DNA from: Octopus sinensis
Lineage: Eukaryota
Assembly (NCBI RefSeq): GCF_006345805.1
Contig: NC_043011.1
Coordinates: 43,226,464-43,290,463, forward strand
Direction of reading: 5' to 3'
Length of the DNA stretch: 64,000 bases
Shown here: positions 37,239 to 52,309 of the stretch, in pieces
How the letters are laid out: each line of letters starts with the position of its first letter
How positions within the stretch are numbered: position 1 is the stretch's first letter
Program-made: the position numbers and the translations under genes
The notes under the pieces: generated by a model
The model's input: only the letters and a program-made list of their open reading frames with translations
Told to the model about the DNA's origin: nothing
The model's database searches: none

Positions 37239-38094
37239 ACACACATATAGATAAGTATGCTCACGTACTTATAGGCCCCAAATTTACATACGTAATAATG
37301 TGATATATACCGTTAGGTTAAATGTTTTCCACCTTGTGTCACAAGTTTAGATTGCAAACTTCTGAATAATCGCGTGTTTAGACATAGTATATTATATTTT
37401 TCCATTGCAAAACTACTTCGTTTGCGATTGCTTTTCCTGTTGGTGTCGCTGGGGGGTTTTAGTTTTATTGCAGTAACACTCAATCATAAAAACGCAGACT
37501 TTCTCTCTCAAATAAAATATTCAAATAGATTTATAAATTTGTTCTTCGCATACTTTACAAACACAATGTGTAAATCAGTGATAAAAAATAGCATTTGCAT
37601 ATAAAACCTAATGTTGTTTCGGTACACACAGCAAATTATATATGCACACATATACAAATGTTAGTACGTATACACACACACATACATACATATTTACATT
37701 AAATACACACACACGCGCGTATATATGCGTATGTATGTATATAATATGTATATATACCTATAAACAAATCTGTATAGACACACCACATGCGCATGCGTAC
37801 CTACATGCATATAGTCGTATATGCATAAGTACTTTTTTCTTTTACTTTTTTCAGTCAAATTTTATACTTGGGGAAAGAGGTAAGGCGCACACGTATACAC
37901 ACGGGCATACACACACACCACACACACACACATGCACACATGCACCTTTATAGACCTATATAAGGAGACATACAATAAGATTCATCGTGTGTTGGTATAT
38001 TAACATCTCTTCTGCTATTAGAAATTATTTTAAAGTTGTTGAATGATCGAAACTCGTATGAAGAAAGTGGTTTTCAATATTAAATTAAGCTCCA

Positions 38095-38455
38095 AGGCGA
38101 CAAGGTGACAGAATCGTTAGCACGCCGGGCAAAATGCTTGGCGGCATTTCGTCCGTATTTATGTTCTGTGTTCAAATTCCGCCTAGTTCAACTTTGATTT
38201 TTTATCCTTTCGGGGTCGATAAAATAAGTATTAGTAGATCACTTGGGTCGATTTTGCCACAAAGGCAGCCGTTTGTGGGGAGAGGATGTGTCGATTACAT
38301 CGACCCGTCTTCAACTAGTACTTATTTTATCGAATCGGAAAAGATGAAAGGCAAAGTCCACCTCAGCGGAATTCGAACTCAGCAGATAGCGGCAGAAGAA
38401 ATACCGCTAAGCATTTAGCCCGCCGTGCTAACGATGCTGCCAGCTCGCTGCCTTT
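38095..38455. mobile_element. Tail-to-tail inverted pair of old SINE B copies
   Basis: Plus copy 38095-38270 and minus copy 38280-38455. Confidence 0.8.
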
Positions 38456-38599
38456 CATGGGTTTACAATAATACTTCAACAAATGAATGATTTAAAACTA
38501 TGTTTGAACACTGGAACAGCATTTCCAGCTTCTATAACATTTCTATTTCAACTTAAGAAGATCAACTGACACAACAAATGAAACATCTATAGCATATTT

Positions 38600-38965
38600 T
38601 ATCTTTTAGTTTTAGTCATTAGACTACGGTCATGCTTCCAGCACCGCCTTGAATCTTTAGTCGAATGAAGAAACCACAGTGATTTTTAAGAAGTCTGGTA
38701 CTTATTCTATCGGTCTCGTTTGCCGAACCGCTAAGTTATGAAAACGTAAACATATCAACACAGGTTATCAAGTGGTAGTGGAGGACAAATACTCACGTGC
38801 GCGCTCATGATGGGCTTCTTTTAATTTTCCTCTACCAAATCCACTCACAAGGATTTGATCGGCCATAGACTATAGCGGAAGACACCTGCCCAAGGTATCA
38901 CGCAGTGGGACTGTACCCGGGAACATGTGGTTAAGAAGCTAGCTTCTTACCACACAGCCAAGCCT
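38600..38965 (-). mobile_element. SINE family A, older copy
   Basis: Reverse match over tail, body and head. Confidence 0.85.
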
Positions 38966-39094
38966 GCGTTTATTTACTTACAAGTCAAGGCTGGAATAAT
39001 CTACCTTAGACTCACCAGTGGTTATAGTGCTAGAACTGGACTCGTTGCCATAGAATGAATTCAATAGCTATCATACGGTGACCAATATTATCAC

Positions 39095-39326
39095 CAAGGC
39101 TTCTCTTCTGAAACGACTATGTCTGAAAGGACGCTATTGACTTCATGTTTCATGGTGGATGACGAAAGCAATATAGTCCTGGTCGCAGCGAACTCTAAAG
39201 GAAATTCTATTTTGGCTTGGTGACACTGTGCAATGACCTTTTCCCCGTCACCTTTTGTCCTCAAGGCCAACCTTGATATTTCTGAACCGGTAGTCAGACT
39301 GGTGAATATGTGGCCATGACTTGCTT
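39095..39326 (-). CDS. Candidate internal coding exon (232 bp), product unknown
   Basis: Less AT-rich unique patch; open frame ASHGHIFTSLTTG...DIVVSEEKP; acceptor gattag| and donor TTG|GTGATA; no family recognised. Confidence 0.33.
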
Positions 39327-40761
39327 CTAATCGTAGAGGCTTGAAGACATTTATGGAACATATATTCATATATGAAATCGGGAATAGATCGAGATGATAA
39401 TTTATTTCAGCTAATTTCTCATCGATATTCTTAGATTTGCTGCATCAATTTGATTATTCTAAATTGCTTGAGAATATGGTACGTATTCCCTATCGGTAAT
39501 ATGTAACATATTCTCTGGGAAAGTTATTTTCACTTTATGCAAAATGAAAATTTGCTCTCAGTTGCTTCACATCATAAAACTGAAACGTAGCACAGGTTGC
39601 CAAAACCATTTTTGTGTTGGACGACATCAATGTAATTTTACATCTTATTACATCATATTATTGAAGCTGAAGCAATATGAATTGGATACCTGGTTTAGGG
39701 ATACAGTACTGTGCTAATATTGAATGACCACAAACGATTGAGCTATTGGTGATTTAAATGCTTGAATAATTTCACTTTTTATTTAAAGCATGGTTTAAAT
39801 ACATGGGTTCGGGTTACTGTATTCGACTAATAATGAAATAATGCAAACACATTTTCAAGTCGATAATTGAAATAATTGTGTATCTAAATCAGTTATTTAA
39901 TTCATGGTCTTGATACCAAGGTTAGGTAAAGTATAGTGTGCTAAGACTGAATTCAAATTTCAAATTTTGGCACAGGGCCAGCAATGTCGGTGGCGCGTGG
40001 TGGGTGTGGGAGGGAGTCGATTACATCGGCTTCAGAGCTGAAATGATGAAAGGCAAAGTCAACCTCGGTTACAACGTGAAGATGGATGAAATGCCGCTAA
40101 ACTTTTCGCCCGGCACAGTGTGCTAATATTGAGACAATGCGTACACTTGGCATTAGTCGATGCATCTAAATCTTTTATTTAAAGAACGATTTAAATATCT
40201 TGGTCAGGGGGGGAAGGAACTTTGCTAATAAAAACAGTTGGTGCTAGTAGTAGATGCCACTTACTGAAGCTGGAAGAAACCGAATTTACAAATCAATCAT
40301 CGGTATTACGTTTTAGCATTTAGGAAAATCAAACTAATAGCCAACTCTGTGATTGATAATGGAACACTCAATCACTTGGGTAATCTTCAAGTGTATTCGA
40401 TTAGAACTAAAATAAATAAATATTTGCCTTTAGAACGAAACATGATGTAACGTATTTATTCAACTAAATAAGTCTTCTGTGGCAATTTCTCTTGCCATGT
40501 TGTTCGAATAGAATACTCAACTGATTCCAATAAGTATGTTTTGTTTTTGTATTACGCTTTCCTCTCGTTAATATCTAAGTTATATGCAAAAACTACAGTA
40601 TTTCAATATTACAATAAAGAATAAAATAATTCGTACAAGCTGTATACGTGCTTAAAATGAAAGAACATAAAACATGGAAGATATAGATTCCTTCAAGCTT
40701 GAAGAAACGTGAAGGATTGTCGTACGAACGGTTCTGATTTGATGAATATATGTTTCTTTAC

Positions 40762-40860
40762 GGAACATTTAGCATTTGGTAACATGTCGTTGCGTAAACT
40801 GTCCAACAAATTTGCAGAATTGTTGTTATTAGATGCAATAAAGTAACGTATTTCAGCCAC
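40762..40860 (-). CDS. Candidate exon (99 bp), product unknown
   Basis: Strong acceptor tttttcctggtgccccacag|G, donor TCC|GTAAAG; two frames open (VAEIRYFIAS... or WLKYVTLLHL...). Confidence 0.33.
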
Positions 40861-41303
40861 CTGTGGGGCACCAGGAAAAACCAATATTATCTCATACTTA
40901 GTGTGTCATGGTTAACACACTCGCTGCCGCACATCTACTGAGATGCCCCTGCAGACATTCTCGTATAAATATAAATCTTGATGCATATCTGTGTAATATA
41001 AACATGATTGCATACATATTTGTATGTAAGGATGTATATATATATATATATGTGTGTGTGTGTTTGTGTGTATATATATATACACACACATTTATGAATA
41101 TATACATATACATACATGTATATGTATATATATATATATATATATTCATATAAATACACACAGATATGCATATCAATATGCATACATATGCAAATATATA
41201 TATATGTATGTGTATATATATATATATATGCAAATATTCATACAGATGTACATACATACACGCACATAAATACATATATGTATACGTAAATACATGCATA
41301 TAT

Positions 41304-41340
<37 letters not shown>

Positions 41341-41449
41341 CTGTATAGATATAGGAAGGAAGATAGATAGAGATATGTGTATATATGTATACGTATATAT
41401 ATATATATAAATACGTATATGTATGTGTGTGTGTACATATGCATGTACG

Positions 41450-41484
<35 letters not shown>

Positions 41485-41493
41485 ATATAAATT

Positions 41494-41524
<31 letters not shown>

Positions 41525-41568
41525 GTTATATATATATATACAAAGAGAGAGAGACAGAGAGACCAAGA

Positions 41569-41616
<48 letters not shown>

Positions 41617-42043
41617 GAGAGAGAAATGGTGTGTGGAGATATATCACTAACGACAGTCAAGAAAGTTTAGCGTTACGAAACCGTAAATAAACCTGAACGA
41701 ACGCAAAGATGACTCTGTCAACAAACAAATGTAGACAAATGATTTCCACGGTGGGTGAATTGTGATAAATGTGTGTATATAGATATGCACAACAGAACCG
41801 TTCACAATAAGCAATGGCATTGCAGTATTCTGCTGACTTAATATTTACAGATTTAGTTTTATATACGTATACTATGTAACAACTGCAGGACACAGTTTTT
41901 TCTGATACAGTGAGTGATTTGGCAGTGTCTAATTTAGAGAAGCACAAATAATGCAAGGGATTCGTTCGAGAATCACAGGGTTCCTCGCTATTGATTGTAT
42001 TATTTCCCTAAATACGTCGGTTTTATTTACATGTATATTTTAG

Positions 42044-42115
<72 letters not shown>

Positions 42116-42256
42116 AAAACATGTAAATAAAACCAATATATATATATTATAAATATTTTTCAAAAATATTCATGTGTCGATATTTATTAATACATGTATA
42201 CGCATTTCAAGTCGAGTTTTTACCTGTATGAGTATGATTACCTAATTTGAGTTTAT

Positions 42257-42598
42257 GTGGCATCTTGGGCAAGTGTCTTCTGCTATAGCCCCGGGCCGAC
42301 CAATGCCTTGTAAGTGGATTTGGTAGACGGAAACTGAAAGAAGCCTGTCGTATATATGTATATATATATATGTGTGTGTGTGTGTATGTGTGTGTGTTTG
42401 TGTATGTGTGTTTGTCCCCCTAGCATTGCTTGACAACCGATGCTGGTGTGTTTACGTCCCCGTCACTTAGCGGTTCGGCAAAAGAGACCGATAGAATAAG
42501 TACTGGGCTTACAAAGAATAAGTTCCGGGGTCGATTTGCTCGACTAAAGGCGGTGCTCCAGCATGGCCGCAGTCAAATGACTGAAACAAAAGAGTAAA

Positions 42599-42600
<2 letters not shown>
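42257..42600 (+). mobile_element. SINE family A, young, 5-prime truncated
   Basis: Near-identical to 21294-21683 from gtggcatcttgggc onward. Confidence 0.95.
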
Positions 42601-42664
<64 letters not shown>

Positions 42665-42822
42665 CGAGAGAGGAAGCGAAAGTAGAAACAGACGCAAGTA
42701 TTTATTAATTATGTATTAAGAAGTGAAGTTTTTATTCTGTATGATATCTGTAGCGTGTTTTCAGGATAAAACTTATTTTTAAGACTGCGGAACTATCACT
42801 GTATTGCGTGAGTTGCAAACAA

Positions 42823-42889
<67 letters not shown>

Positions 42890-43592
42890 CCTCTTTTACT
42901 CACTCACTCTCCTTCTCTCCGTTGTGAGAAAGCAATTCTCATCAAAAACAGGATGCCATTTCATCTCCCTGCGAATATATACAACTAAAAGTTATAATAC
43001 ATTCAACAAATATAATAACCTCGCTGAACGGATTGTTCCGATTTGCATGAATAGTGCAATGTTCGGCGGTTTGCCTTTTATTTTTTACGTGCTTCAGTCA
43101 TTCGACTATGGTAGTGCTGAAGAGTAAAGTCGATGAAATCGTCCACATTACTTATTTTTAACTCTGGTACTTATTAAATCAGTCTCTTTTGACGTGTCGC
43201 TAATTTACGGGGACTTAAAAAAATTAACATAGGATATCAAGTGTTGGGGACCAGTCAAAAAGACACAGACACGCATATATGTATACTCATACATATGCCC
43301 CCACACACACATATTTATATGTGCACTTTATTTCACGTTGCTTCAATTTGCTCAGCTGAAGAAATGAGTTGTGGTGTCACTGGTGTCAAGTTGTTTCGGC
43401 CTTTATTTTTTTTTCCTTGGACAACATCGGTGGCGGAATACAGGGAAGCCGGTATGCATGTCGACTGCTGCTCTTCCACAAACAACCTGGCCCGGACTTT
43501 TTTTCTCAAGAGGGAAGTGTCTACGTGCAATTTTATAGACATTCGTGACCAGAGGGGTTCTTTAAAATATATATATACATAGAGAGAGAGAG

Positions 43593-43638
<46 letters not shown>

Positions 43639-44472
43639 GATATAATACACGATCGCGTAGTGATACGTTCTTCTCTCTACTCCTATATCTAGTACGGTTA
43701 GACGAGGTTAATCAAACCACAGGATACACATAATAGGTTACTGAGTGGAATACGAGGCACATAATAGTACTAATATTGTTATACACACACTCACTAACAC
43801 AGTGTCATACATAAATAGACAGGGTAAGAAAGAAATAAAGAAAGAGAAACGAGAAGAGATACAAAGATGTTAATGATATGAAAAATAGGACGAACTGAAA
43901 GTAAGCAACTCAAATCTGTTGTAAAATATTTTATAAATGTTACATAGAAATTCCATTGACATTTCTTACGAATGGATGTAAAAACGATTTTGTTGGATCC
44001 GTCGGTTAAGGGAGAATCGAAGTACTCCAAGAATGAGGACTGAGACTGTCTGCAAATCCAAACTTTTCAGAAAGCCGAACGTTACGATAGACTATCTTGG
44101 TAAACTAAAGAAATATCACAAGTTCCCTGACATTATCAGCTGAGCAACTTAGATTCATAACTACCCTTCATTGATCTTTTCCTGACCTTTCCGCGACGAG
44201 GCTTCACTATTCATTCGATCTTCTGCTCTGCTATACATATATACATACGTACGTACGTACATACATACATACATACATACATACATACATACATACATAC
44301 ATACATACAGCAGACAGACGGACGGACAGACCGACAGATAGACAGACGTCTGTGTATAAGAGTGCGTGTATATATATGCATATATGTAACAATATACATG
44401 CAATTTTACCCATATATGTGTATATATATATATATATTTACGTAGGCACATAGAGACATATTGGTTTATATA

Positions 44473-44523
<51 letters not shown>

Positions 44524-44602
44524 GCACACATACATACATATATATATGCATATATATACATATATATATACACATATATATATATATATATGTATTTGTA
44601 TG

Positions 44603-44644
<42 letters not shown>

Positions 44645-44728
44645 TCCACACATACATACATACATATATATATGCATATATATACATATATTTATACACA
44701 TATATATATATATTAGTATTTATGTATG

Positions 44729-44764
<36 letters not shown>

Positions 44765-44771
44765 ATATATA

Positions 44772-44802
<31 letters not shown>

Positions 44803-45339
44803 CATATACACAACATTACAATACATATACATATACATATATATATATGCATTTGTGAGTAAATGCGTCTGTGTATATATATACATATAAATAGATATAT
44901 ATGTGTGTATATATGCGTATGTGTTTGTGGGTGTATGCGGCGTATATATTTCTATGTATGTGATGATGAATGTGCAGAATTATTTGATCTTTACGAAGGT
45001 GAGAAGAATAATTCCAGAAAAGTAATAAAGTTGCCACGACTACAAATAATTTGCCATTTTTCTCATGATTTTATTCTTCAATTGGCCAATGTTTGATACT
45101 AGTTTTTTGTAGGATGAATTATTGTATGCTATTGTATATGTTGAGTTTGTTCTAGGCCGCTGAAATGTAACTATGTTTCGTGTGTTCATGCCGAATACAT
45201 TGTGCAATCAATTAACGACAGACACGGATCAATGAATCAATCAATAAATCAAACAATCGATGAAATAATCTGTCAATGTATTTAAACTGTGAACAAACTC
45301 TCCTGTTCGATCCTCTACTTTTCCGCATTGAGAGGTAAC

Positions 45340-45540
45340 AGCTACGGAACTAAGGACAGGAAAAGATCACAAGAGAAATTTTTCAAGCCGAAGCGAACTA
45401 CAGGTGACCTAGTGGTAGACGACTTGCAAGATGGTTAGATAAACTCTACAGAATCAATTGTTGACGCTTGTGAATCCAGCAGGGAAGATTAACGACGGCT
45501 GTTTCTTATAGGACCCAATGGAAGAGGCGCCACTGGAATT
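45340..45540 (+). pseudogene. RTE-like LINE C-terminal fragment
   Basis: SGRRLARWLDKL resembles the RTE GRPRxRWLD motif. Confidence 0.45.
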
Positions 45541-46059
45541 TCAAGCCACAACTCTTCCAAGTATAGTGGGGTTCAAAAATAGAGACATGATGACCAAACT
45601 TGCATATACTAAGATTCAAAGACTCCAATTATAAATTAAATAATAATCAAGCATTCAGTCTAACAAAGAAATAACATAATCAACCAATTAATAATTGATC
45701 TATCAGGTGAATAATTAAACAATTATATAATCAGTCAAGGAATGAATCAACTAATTATACCACTGATCAGTCATTTATTCAATCAATCGATAAATCTAGT
45801 GATCAATAATTAATCTCTCAAGCAATCGCGATAAAAAGAAAAATCAAAGAAACCCAAATATTCTCCATGAAATATTTTTATCAACTAATCAAATATTCGC
45901 TGTTTGAGCCTGTATGTATGTGAGAGAGTGAGTGTGTGTCCACGTGCACGGGAGAACCTATATAACTTGAGCCAATCGGCATCAAGAATTATTATCGTCT
46001 TTTATCATAACGGTATTGTTTGGAAAAATGTGTATCTTTTTTTTTTCATCTGTTAACTT

Positions 46060-46445
46060 TTGCTTGTTTGAGTCATTAGACGGCAGCCATGCTGGGGCAC
46101 CGCCTCGAAGAATTTGTTGTCTAATGCATCGATTCCAGTATTTATTCTTTTTTCTTCTTCTTCAAGCCTAGTATTTATTCTATCGGTTTTTATTGCCGAA
46201 ACGCTTAGTCACAGGGATGTAACCACACCAACACAGGTTGTCAAGTGGTGGTGGAAGGGGACGAATACAGATATAATCACACACACACATACACACGCAC
46301 AAACACGCATGGTGGGCTTCTTTCAGTTTCCCTCACAAAGTTTTAATGGCATGAAGCTATAGTAGAAAACATTTGAAGAAGGTGAGCCTGGACCCAAAAA
46401 CACTTGGTTTAGAAACGAACTTCTTCCCACCCAACCATGCCTGCG
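46060..46445 (-). mobile_element. SINE family A, old copy
   Basis: Reverse diverged match. Confidence 0.75.
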
Positions 46446-46737
46446 ACTGTATGTATATGAAACACTATATGTATAACAGAAAAAAGAGCAAAAGTCAAAT
46501 AGAAAACATATATGTCTTAAAAAATCATCGCAACAACACGAAAACTATAAGTTCTATAAAACCTGAAATGCACAAAAAACGGCTGAATCCTACAATATAT
46601 GTTTGTGCTTTTGTACGAGTGTGTTTGTGTGTATGTGTTTGTATGTGTGTATGTGTGTGTGTGTGCGCGTGTGTCTATAAGTATGGTTTTGCATAGAGGA
46701 CAATAGAACTTAAAGCATGAGTATACTCACACAACAC

Positions 46738-46845
<108 letters not shown>

Positions 46846-46883
46846 ATATATATATATATATTAATAATATAATCACCAGAAGT

Positions 46884-46955
46884 TACAGAGTGATCCAAGG
46901 GCTAACTGTTTCGTGTATAAATACACGAAACTTTGAACCGTTTAATTACTCTGTA
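46884..46955. mobile_element. Tiny Tc1/mariner-type MITE candidate (72 bp) with a central 10-bp hairpin
   Basis: TA-cagagtgat...attactctg-TA ends; gtttcgtgta-taaa-tacacgaaac. Confidence 0.5.
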
Positions 46956-46959
46956 AATT

Positions 46960-47388
46960 CTACGCTGAGCGAAATGCTTTAATGGTATTTCGTCCGTCTA
47001 TACGTTCTGAGTTCAAATTCCGCCAGAGTTGACCTTCCTTTTGGGGGTCAATAAAATAAGTACCAGTTGAACACTGGGGTCGATTTAATTGACATAGCTC
47101 CTCCCCCAAACCTGCGAGCCTTATGCCAAACTTTGAAACCATTATTATTATTATTATCATTATTCATAATGATAATTTCAGATCTTGGTACAAGACCAGC
47201 AATTTCGGGGGAGGAAGTAAGTCGATTACATCGACTCCAGGACTGAACAGGTATTTATTTTATCAAACCCCAAAGAATGACGAGCAAAGTCGACCACGGT
47301 GGAATCTGAACTCAAAACATGACGATAGATGCAACGCCTCTAAGCATTTCGCCTGGCGTGTTAACCTTTCTGCCATCTCGCCGCCTTA
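46960..47388. mobile_element. Tail-to-tail inverted pair of old SINE B copies
   Basis: Plus copy 46960-47140 and minus copy 47170-47388. Confidence 0.8.
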
Positions 47389-47635
47389 ACGAGCCTTTTT
47401 ATCGAAGAGCTTTTTATCAAAGAACATTTTATCAAAGAGCTTTTTATCTCCAATAGGAATTTGGTAAGAATTTGAACGAATTACTTCCATACTTCCATAT
47501 GCTTTATATGACAGCTAAATGTGCTATACTATGGATAGATAAATAAAATACATTTGTAAATATCATTAATGGAGATATCTCTCATTAGATTAAAAAGACG
47601 TTGCTTATAGGAATCGACAACACATCCTCTACATA

Positions 47636-48917
47636 TACGAAGGTCAGCCGAAAAGTTCAGAGGCTGACCAAAGTACTTTCATGTAATGTAACCAAATTAG
47701 GTTTATTTTCACCTATTTCCCCATTGCGGTCCACACGCTTCTTCCATAGATGTTGTAGTTCCTACTGCTGAAGAAAATGTCCTCCTGTTGTTCAATACAG
47801 TCATCAACAGCAGACATCATCATCACTGTGATACTGGTTCCGAGCCAAATGTTTATTTTCCATGTTGAAGGACAGATGATAGTCAGATGGTGCTAAATCA
47901 GAAGAATAAGGAGGGTAATCAACCATTTCTAAGCCTCCGTTACGCACATCAGCCATTGAAACCAACGACTTATGTGGTGGAGGATTGTCCTTAACAAACA
48001 AGGCCCCTTGTTTTTCTTACCTAAATTTTCTTGGGCGTTTGCTCTTGACAGCCCTTCGTAACTGCACTAGCATAGTACTCTCTATTGATAGTGTGGCCGT
48101 TTTGAAGATAGCAAATAAACAAAATGACTATTGCATCCAAAATAACTCTAGTCATCACCTTCCCTGCAGATGAAACGATGGTGTCGTTCTTTGGTGCATG
48201 TGAGGAGACTTTTTCCCACTGCATGGATTATCACTTTCTGATTAAAGTTATGAAACCAAAATTCATCCTGGGTTAGATAACTTTCGAGGAAACTAGCTAG
48301 ATCTACCTCAAACAAAATCTACCTGATTTTCCCTTGATGGGATCAGCTTGGTGCGCTTTAGATCAGGTGTCAGAAGACGTGGCACACACTATGCAGAAAT
48401 CTTTGCCATGCCGTATTCATTGTGCAGAATGTTCTCAACTTTCTCGCAAGCTATGCTAATAGAATTGACTATTTGACTTTCAGTCAGTCGCCTGTCATCC
48501 GTCACCATGTGATGAACACGATCAACGTTTCCCTCGATCGTGACAGTTGAAGGATATCCAGACCTTGGGTCATCTTCAAGTCTCTCCCTTCCACTCTTAA
48601 ATTCAGCTGTCCCGTTTTGCATTGTTGATAAAGCTGGATCATCATCCCATAATGTAGCAACCATTTCTGCATGAATGCCGTTTGGACTCAAACCTTTTTA
48701 TTTCGGTTACTTGATACTGCGATGCCAAATTTTATCGATTTTCAAGAAAGTCGTTACTAGTTATTTTGAAGTTTTATTTAAATAGCCAGATATCAGTTTA
48801 GCTGGAAAAAAAAACAATGCAGTTATTATCAAAAATATGTAAAATTAATGCATGCAAAATTTCACAGCTCTAGCATCACTCCTTCATAGGTTATGAACTT
48901 TTCAGGCCAGCCTCGTA
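47636..48917 (-). mobile_element. Full-length decayed mariner DNA transposon (about 1.28 kb)
   Basis: Imperfect TIRs tacgaaggtcagccgaaaagttca / tgaacttttcaggccagcctcgta with TA ends. Confidence 0.92.
47704..48740 (-). pseudogene. Mariner transposase pseudogene (frameshifts and stops)
   Basis: ORF pieces FKSGRERLEDDPRSGYPST (HTH region), SAGKVM, DNPPPH...YPPYSSDLAPSDYHL (mariner YSPDLAP motif). Confidence 0.92.
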
Positions 48918-48967
48918 CAAACCAGACATCTTAATAAACAGAACTTGATATATTTATGTGCACATGA

Positions 48968-49145
<178 letters not shown>

Positions 49146-49509
49146 ACAGATTAACAGATAGATACCGATATATGTGTATGTTTGTGTTATTACATCACAA
49201 TCCATCGCCATTTCCGACGTTGTAAAATACCAGTTAGAAATATTTCTTTGAAGTAACGCAAGTCATTTATCTCAAGTAACTTATCTCTCTTCGTTTATAT
49301 GGTAAAACGTAAGTAATTTAACTCAAGCAGATGTTAAATCTTTCCTCACGAACCCTTTAGATAGAAAGATGCTTCATGTAAATTGATGTATAGAGTTGCA
49401 CTAAGCCGAATATATAAGAAATAGCTTATGCGTTTATACATTATTTATAAGGGAACTAGTTTCTAATACGGGTACAAAAGCTATGATAATGTGCATATTT
49501 ATCCTTAAC

Positions 49510-49636
49510 CCGTTCCCACAGATATGTAGGAGAATATGCTTCAAATAATACACTCGATTTAGTGGCATATGGAAACTTTAAGACGCCGGCGCTTTGACTT
49601 CTTTGTGTCTCTTCAGTCCGAGATATCACCGTGTCT
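49510..49636 (-). CDS. Candidate coding exon (127 bp), product unknown
   Basis: Acceptor ttcattcttgttaagtttcag|, donor CGG|GTTAAG; only one open frame, DTVISRTEE...SPTYLWER. Confidence 0.33.
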
Positions 49637-51220
49637 CTGAAACTTAACAAGAATGAACATTATTGCTTATAAGTTTCAGCAAACAAAATTATTTGTTGAT
49701 GCGTGCTGATGTCTGCCAAGTCGATATTGAATTATTATGAGCCTGTGAAACAGAGAGAATCAAAACAACAGTATATATATATATATACATTTTTATATGT
49801 TCAGGCAGATCTGGATGCGAATATGCTAATCGCTGTTGTATTATTCTCTTGTGTCACTGAATCGAGCGTCTTATCAACTCACACCTTATGAAGGGAGAAT
49901 TTGGCCTCCGATTGTTAACTGTAACAGCAATTAACATATTCATGACCAAATCTTCTGGAACAAATATGGAACATCATCGCAGTGCTTCTTGAAATTTTAC
50001 ACGTTCCTACAAATTTAATAAACGTAAACTTACATTGCAGGAATTTGGAAAACAACAATACAATTTAACTTATTAAACTTGAGGAGAGTTTTCAATATTT
50101 TTACCGTTGCACTTAAGAACGCATTAGTCAATCTCTTTATAAACGTCACTGAAAAAAGTTGTCCTCAGTAGAGGTGTTCTTGTTACTAATGTCAGACAGG
50201 ATCGTATGGGAAAAAATCCTCATAGTGGAATAAAAGGTGTTTTTGATTTGCAGTCAAGAAAAGCAAGAACCATTTACCGACCCAAAATTCTTTGGGTCGA
50301 CATACTTGCAGAGAACAACCTTCAAGAGTCAATCATCTGCGCCTGCACGCCCGGTGCTGATGGTACTGTATGTATGTATGTATGTTTATATGTATGCAAG
50401 CATGCATGCATGTATGTATGTATGCATGTATGTATGCATGCATGCATGCATGCAAGCATGTATGTATGCATGTATGTATCGATGGCTGGGTGAATGGGTG
50501 GATATAGTGAAAATAAAGTACAAACACAAAAGAGAAGGCGGGTGAAGATTATAAACACAATTATAAATTTGAGATCCAGAGAAATGGAGTGAGTTAATTG
50601 TCACTTAATTGTAAGGTAAAAACAACCTAATATGTGCATAAAAGAAGGATGAGGTAAAATTTGCAGGGTTCTATATACTTCCCTCCAAAATAATTTTACT
50701 TACAGGGTATTGTTCGACCGGAAGCGGTAGAAAATAATTTTTAGCCAAGAAGCTACAAAGTGGGATCGATCGCTAGCCTCATGATTGCCATACAAACTTT
50801 GATAACTCTTCGGACATTTTGTGTACCTATATATTATAATTATATGCGTATGTGCGTTTTTTTTGCATGTTCCAATCATTTGACTGCGGCCATGCTGGAG
50901 CACCGCCTTATGTGTTTAGTTGTGTATTTGTGTTGGTGTATATTTGTATATAAACCAATACATTTGAATGTAAATATATACATATACTCACGCACATTTA
51001 TATGTATCTATATATGTCTGTGTGTATATATATATGTATTTATATATGTATTTACTAACTGATAGAAGTGCATTAATCTTACTTTGTGATGTGTGTATTT
51101 CTTGTATATGTATATACATCTGTTTGTTTATACGGGCGCTTGCGTCTGTGTCTGCACATATATGATTGTGTATACGTGCGTGTGAGACAGAGAGAGAGAG
51201 AGAGATAGAGAGAGAAAGAA

Positions 51221-51254
<34 letters not shown>

Positions 51255-51393
51255 CGTATGTGCCTCAGAGTAAATAATTCACATGATCATGCTGAAGAAG
51301 CATTGCTGCGTAACATTGACATTTCTGTTGGAAAGTAACCGAGATGCTTTAAAATTTCAGAGAGAAAAGAGAGGAAACGAAAAGTGCGTGTGT

Positions 51394-52176
51394 GTGAGAT
51401 TGAGTGAGTGAGTGAGTGAGTGAGTGAGTGAGTGAGTGAGTGAGTGAGTGAGTGAGTGAGTGAGTGAGTGAGTGAGTGGTGAGTGAGTGAGTGAGTTTGT
51501 GAGTGAGTGAGTGTGTGAGTGAGTGATTGAGTGAGTGAAGAGTGAGTGAGTGAGTGATTGAGGGAGTGAGTGAGTGAGTGAGTGAGTGGAGTGTGTGAGG
51601 GAGTGAGTGGGAGTGGTGAGTGAGTGAGTGAGTGAGTGAGTGAGTGAGTGAGTGAGTGAGTGAGTGAGTGAGTGAGTGAGTGTGTGAGTGAGTGAGTGAG
51701 TGTGGTGAGTGAGTGAGTGGATGAGTGTGTGAGTGAGTGAGTGAGTGAGTGAGTGAGTTGAGTGAGTGAGTGAGTGAGTAGTGTGTGAGTGAGTGAGTGA
51801 GTGAGTGTGTGAGTGAGTGGAGTGAGTGAGTGAGTGAGTGATGAGGTGAGTGAGTGAGTGGTGTGTGAGATTGATGAGTGAGTGAGTGAGTGGTGGGGTG
51901 AGTGAGTGAGTGAGATGAGTGTGTGAGATGGAGTGAGTGAGTGAGTGAGTGAGTGTGTGAGTGAGTGAGTGTGTGAGTGAGTGAGTGGGTGAGTGAGTGG
52001 AGTGAGTGAGTGAGTGGAGTGAGGAGTGAGTGTGTGAGTGAGTGAGTGGGTGAGTGAGTGAGTGAGTGAGTGAGTGAGTGTGTGAGATTGAGTGAGTGAG
52101 TGAGTGAGTGAGTGTGAGTGAGTGATGGGTGAGTGAGTGAGTGAGTGAGTGAGTGAGTGAGTGAGTGAGTGAGTGT
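51394..52176. repeat. Long degenerate (GAGT)n array abutting the assembly gap
   Basis: About 780 bp of TGAG units; source of the HSLT-repeat ORFs. Confidence 0.95.
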
Positions 52177-52276
52177 NNNNNNNNNNNNNNNNNNNNNNNN
52201 NNNNNNNNNNNNNNNNNNNNNNNNNNNNNNNNNNNNNNNNNNNNNNNNNNNNNNNNNNNNNNNNNNNNNNNNNNNN
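52177..52276. other. Assembly gap (100 N)
   Basis: Run of N. Confidence 1.
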
Positions 52277-52309
52277 ATATATATATATATGTATGTATGT
52301 ATGTATTTT

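Noticed and set aside
40265-40406. Minus-strand segment with strong acceptor and donor
   Set aside because: It has stops in all three frames; it could be a non-coding exon but nothing else supports that.
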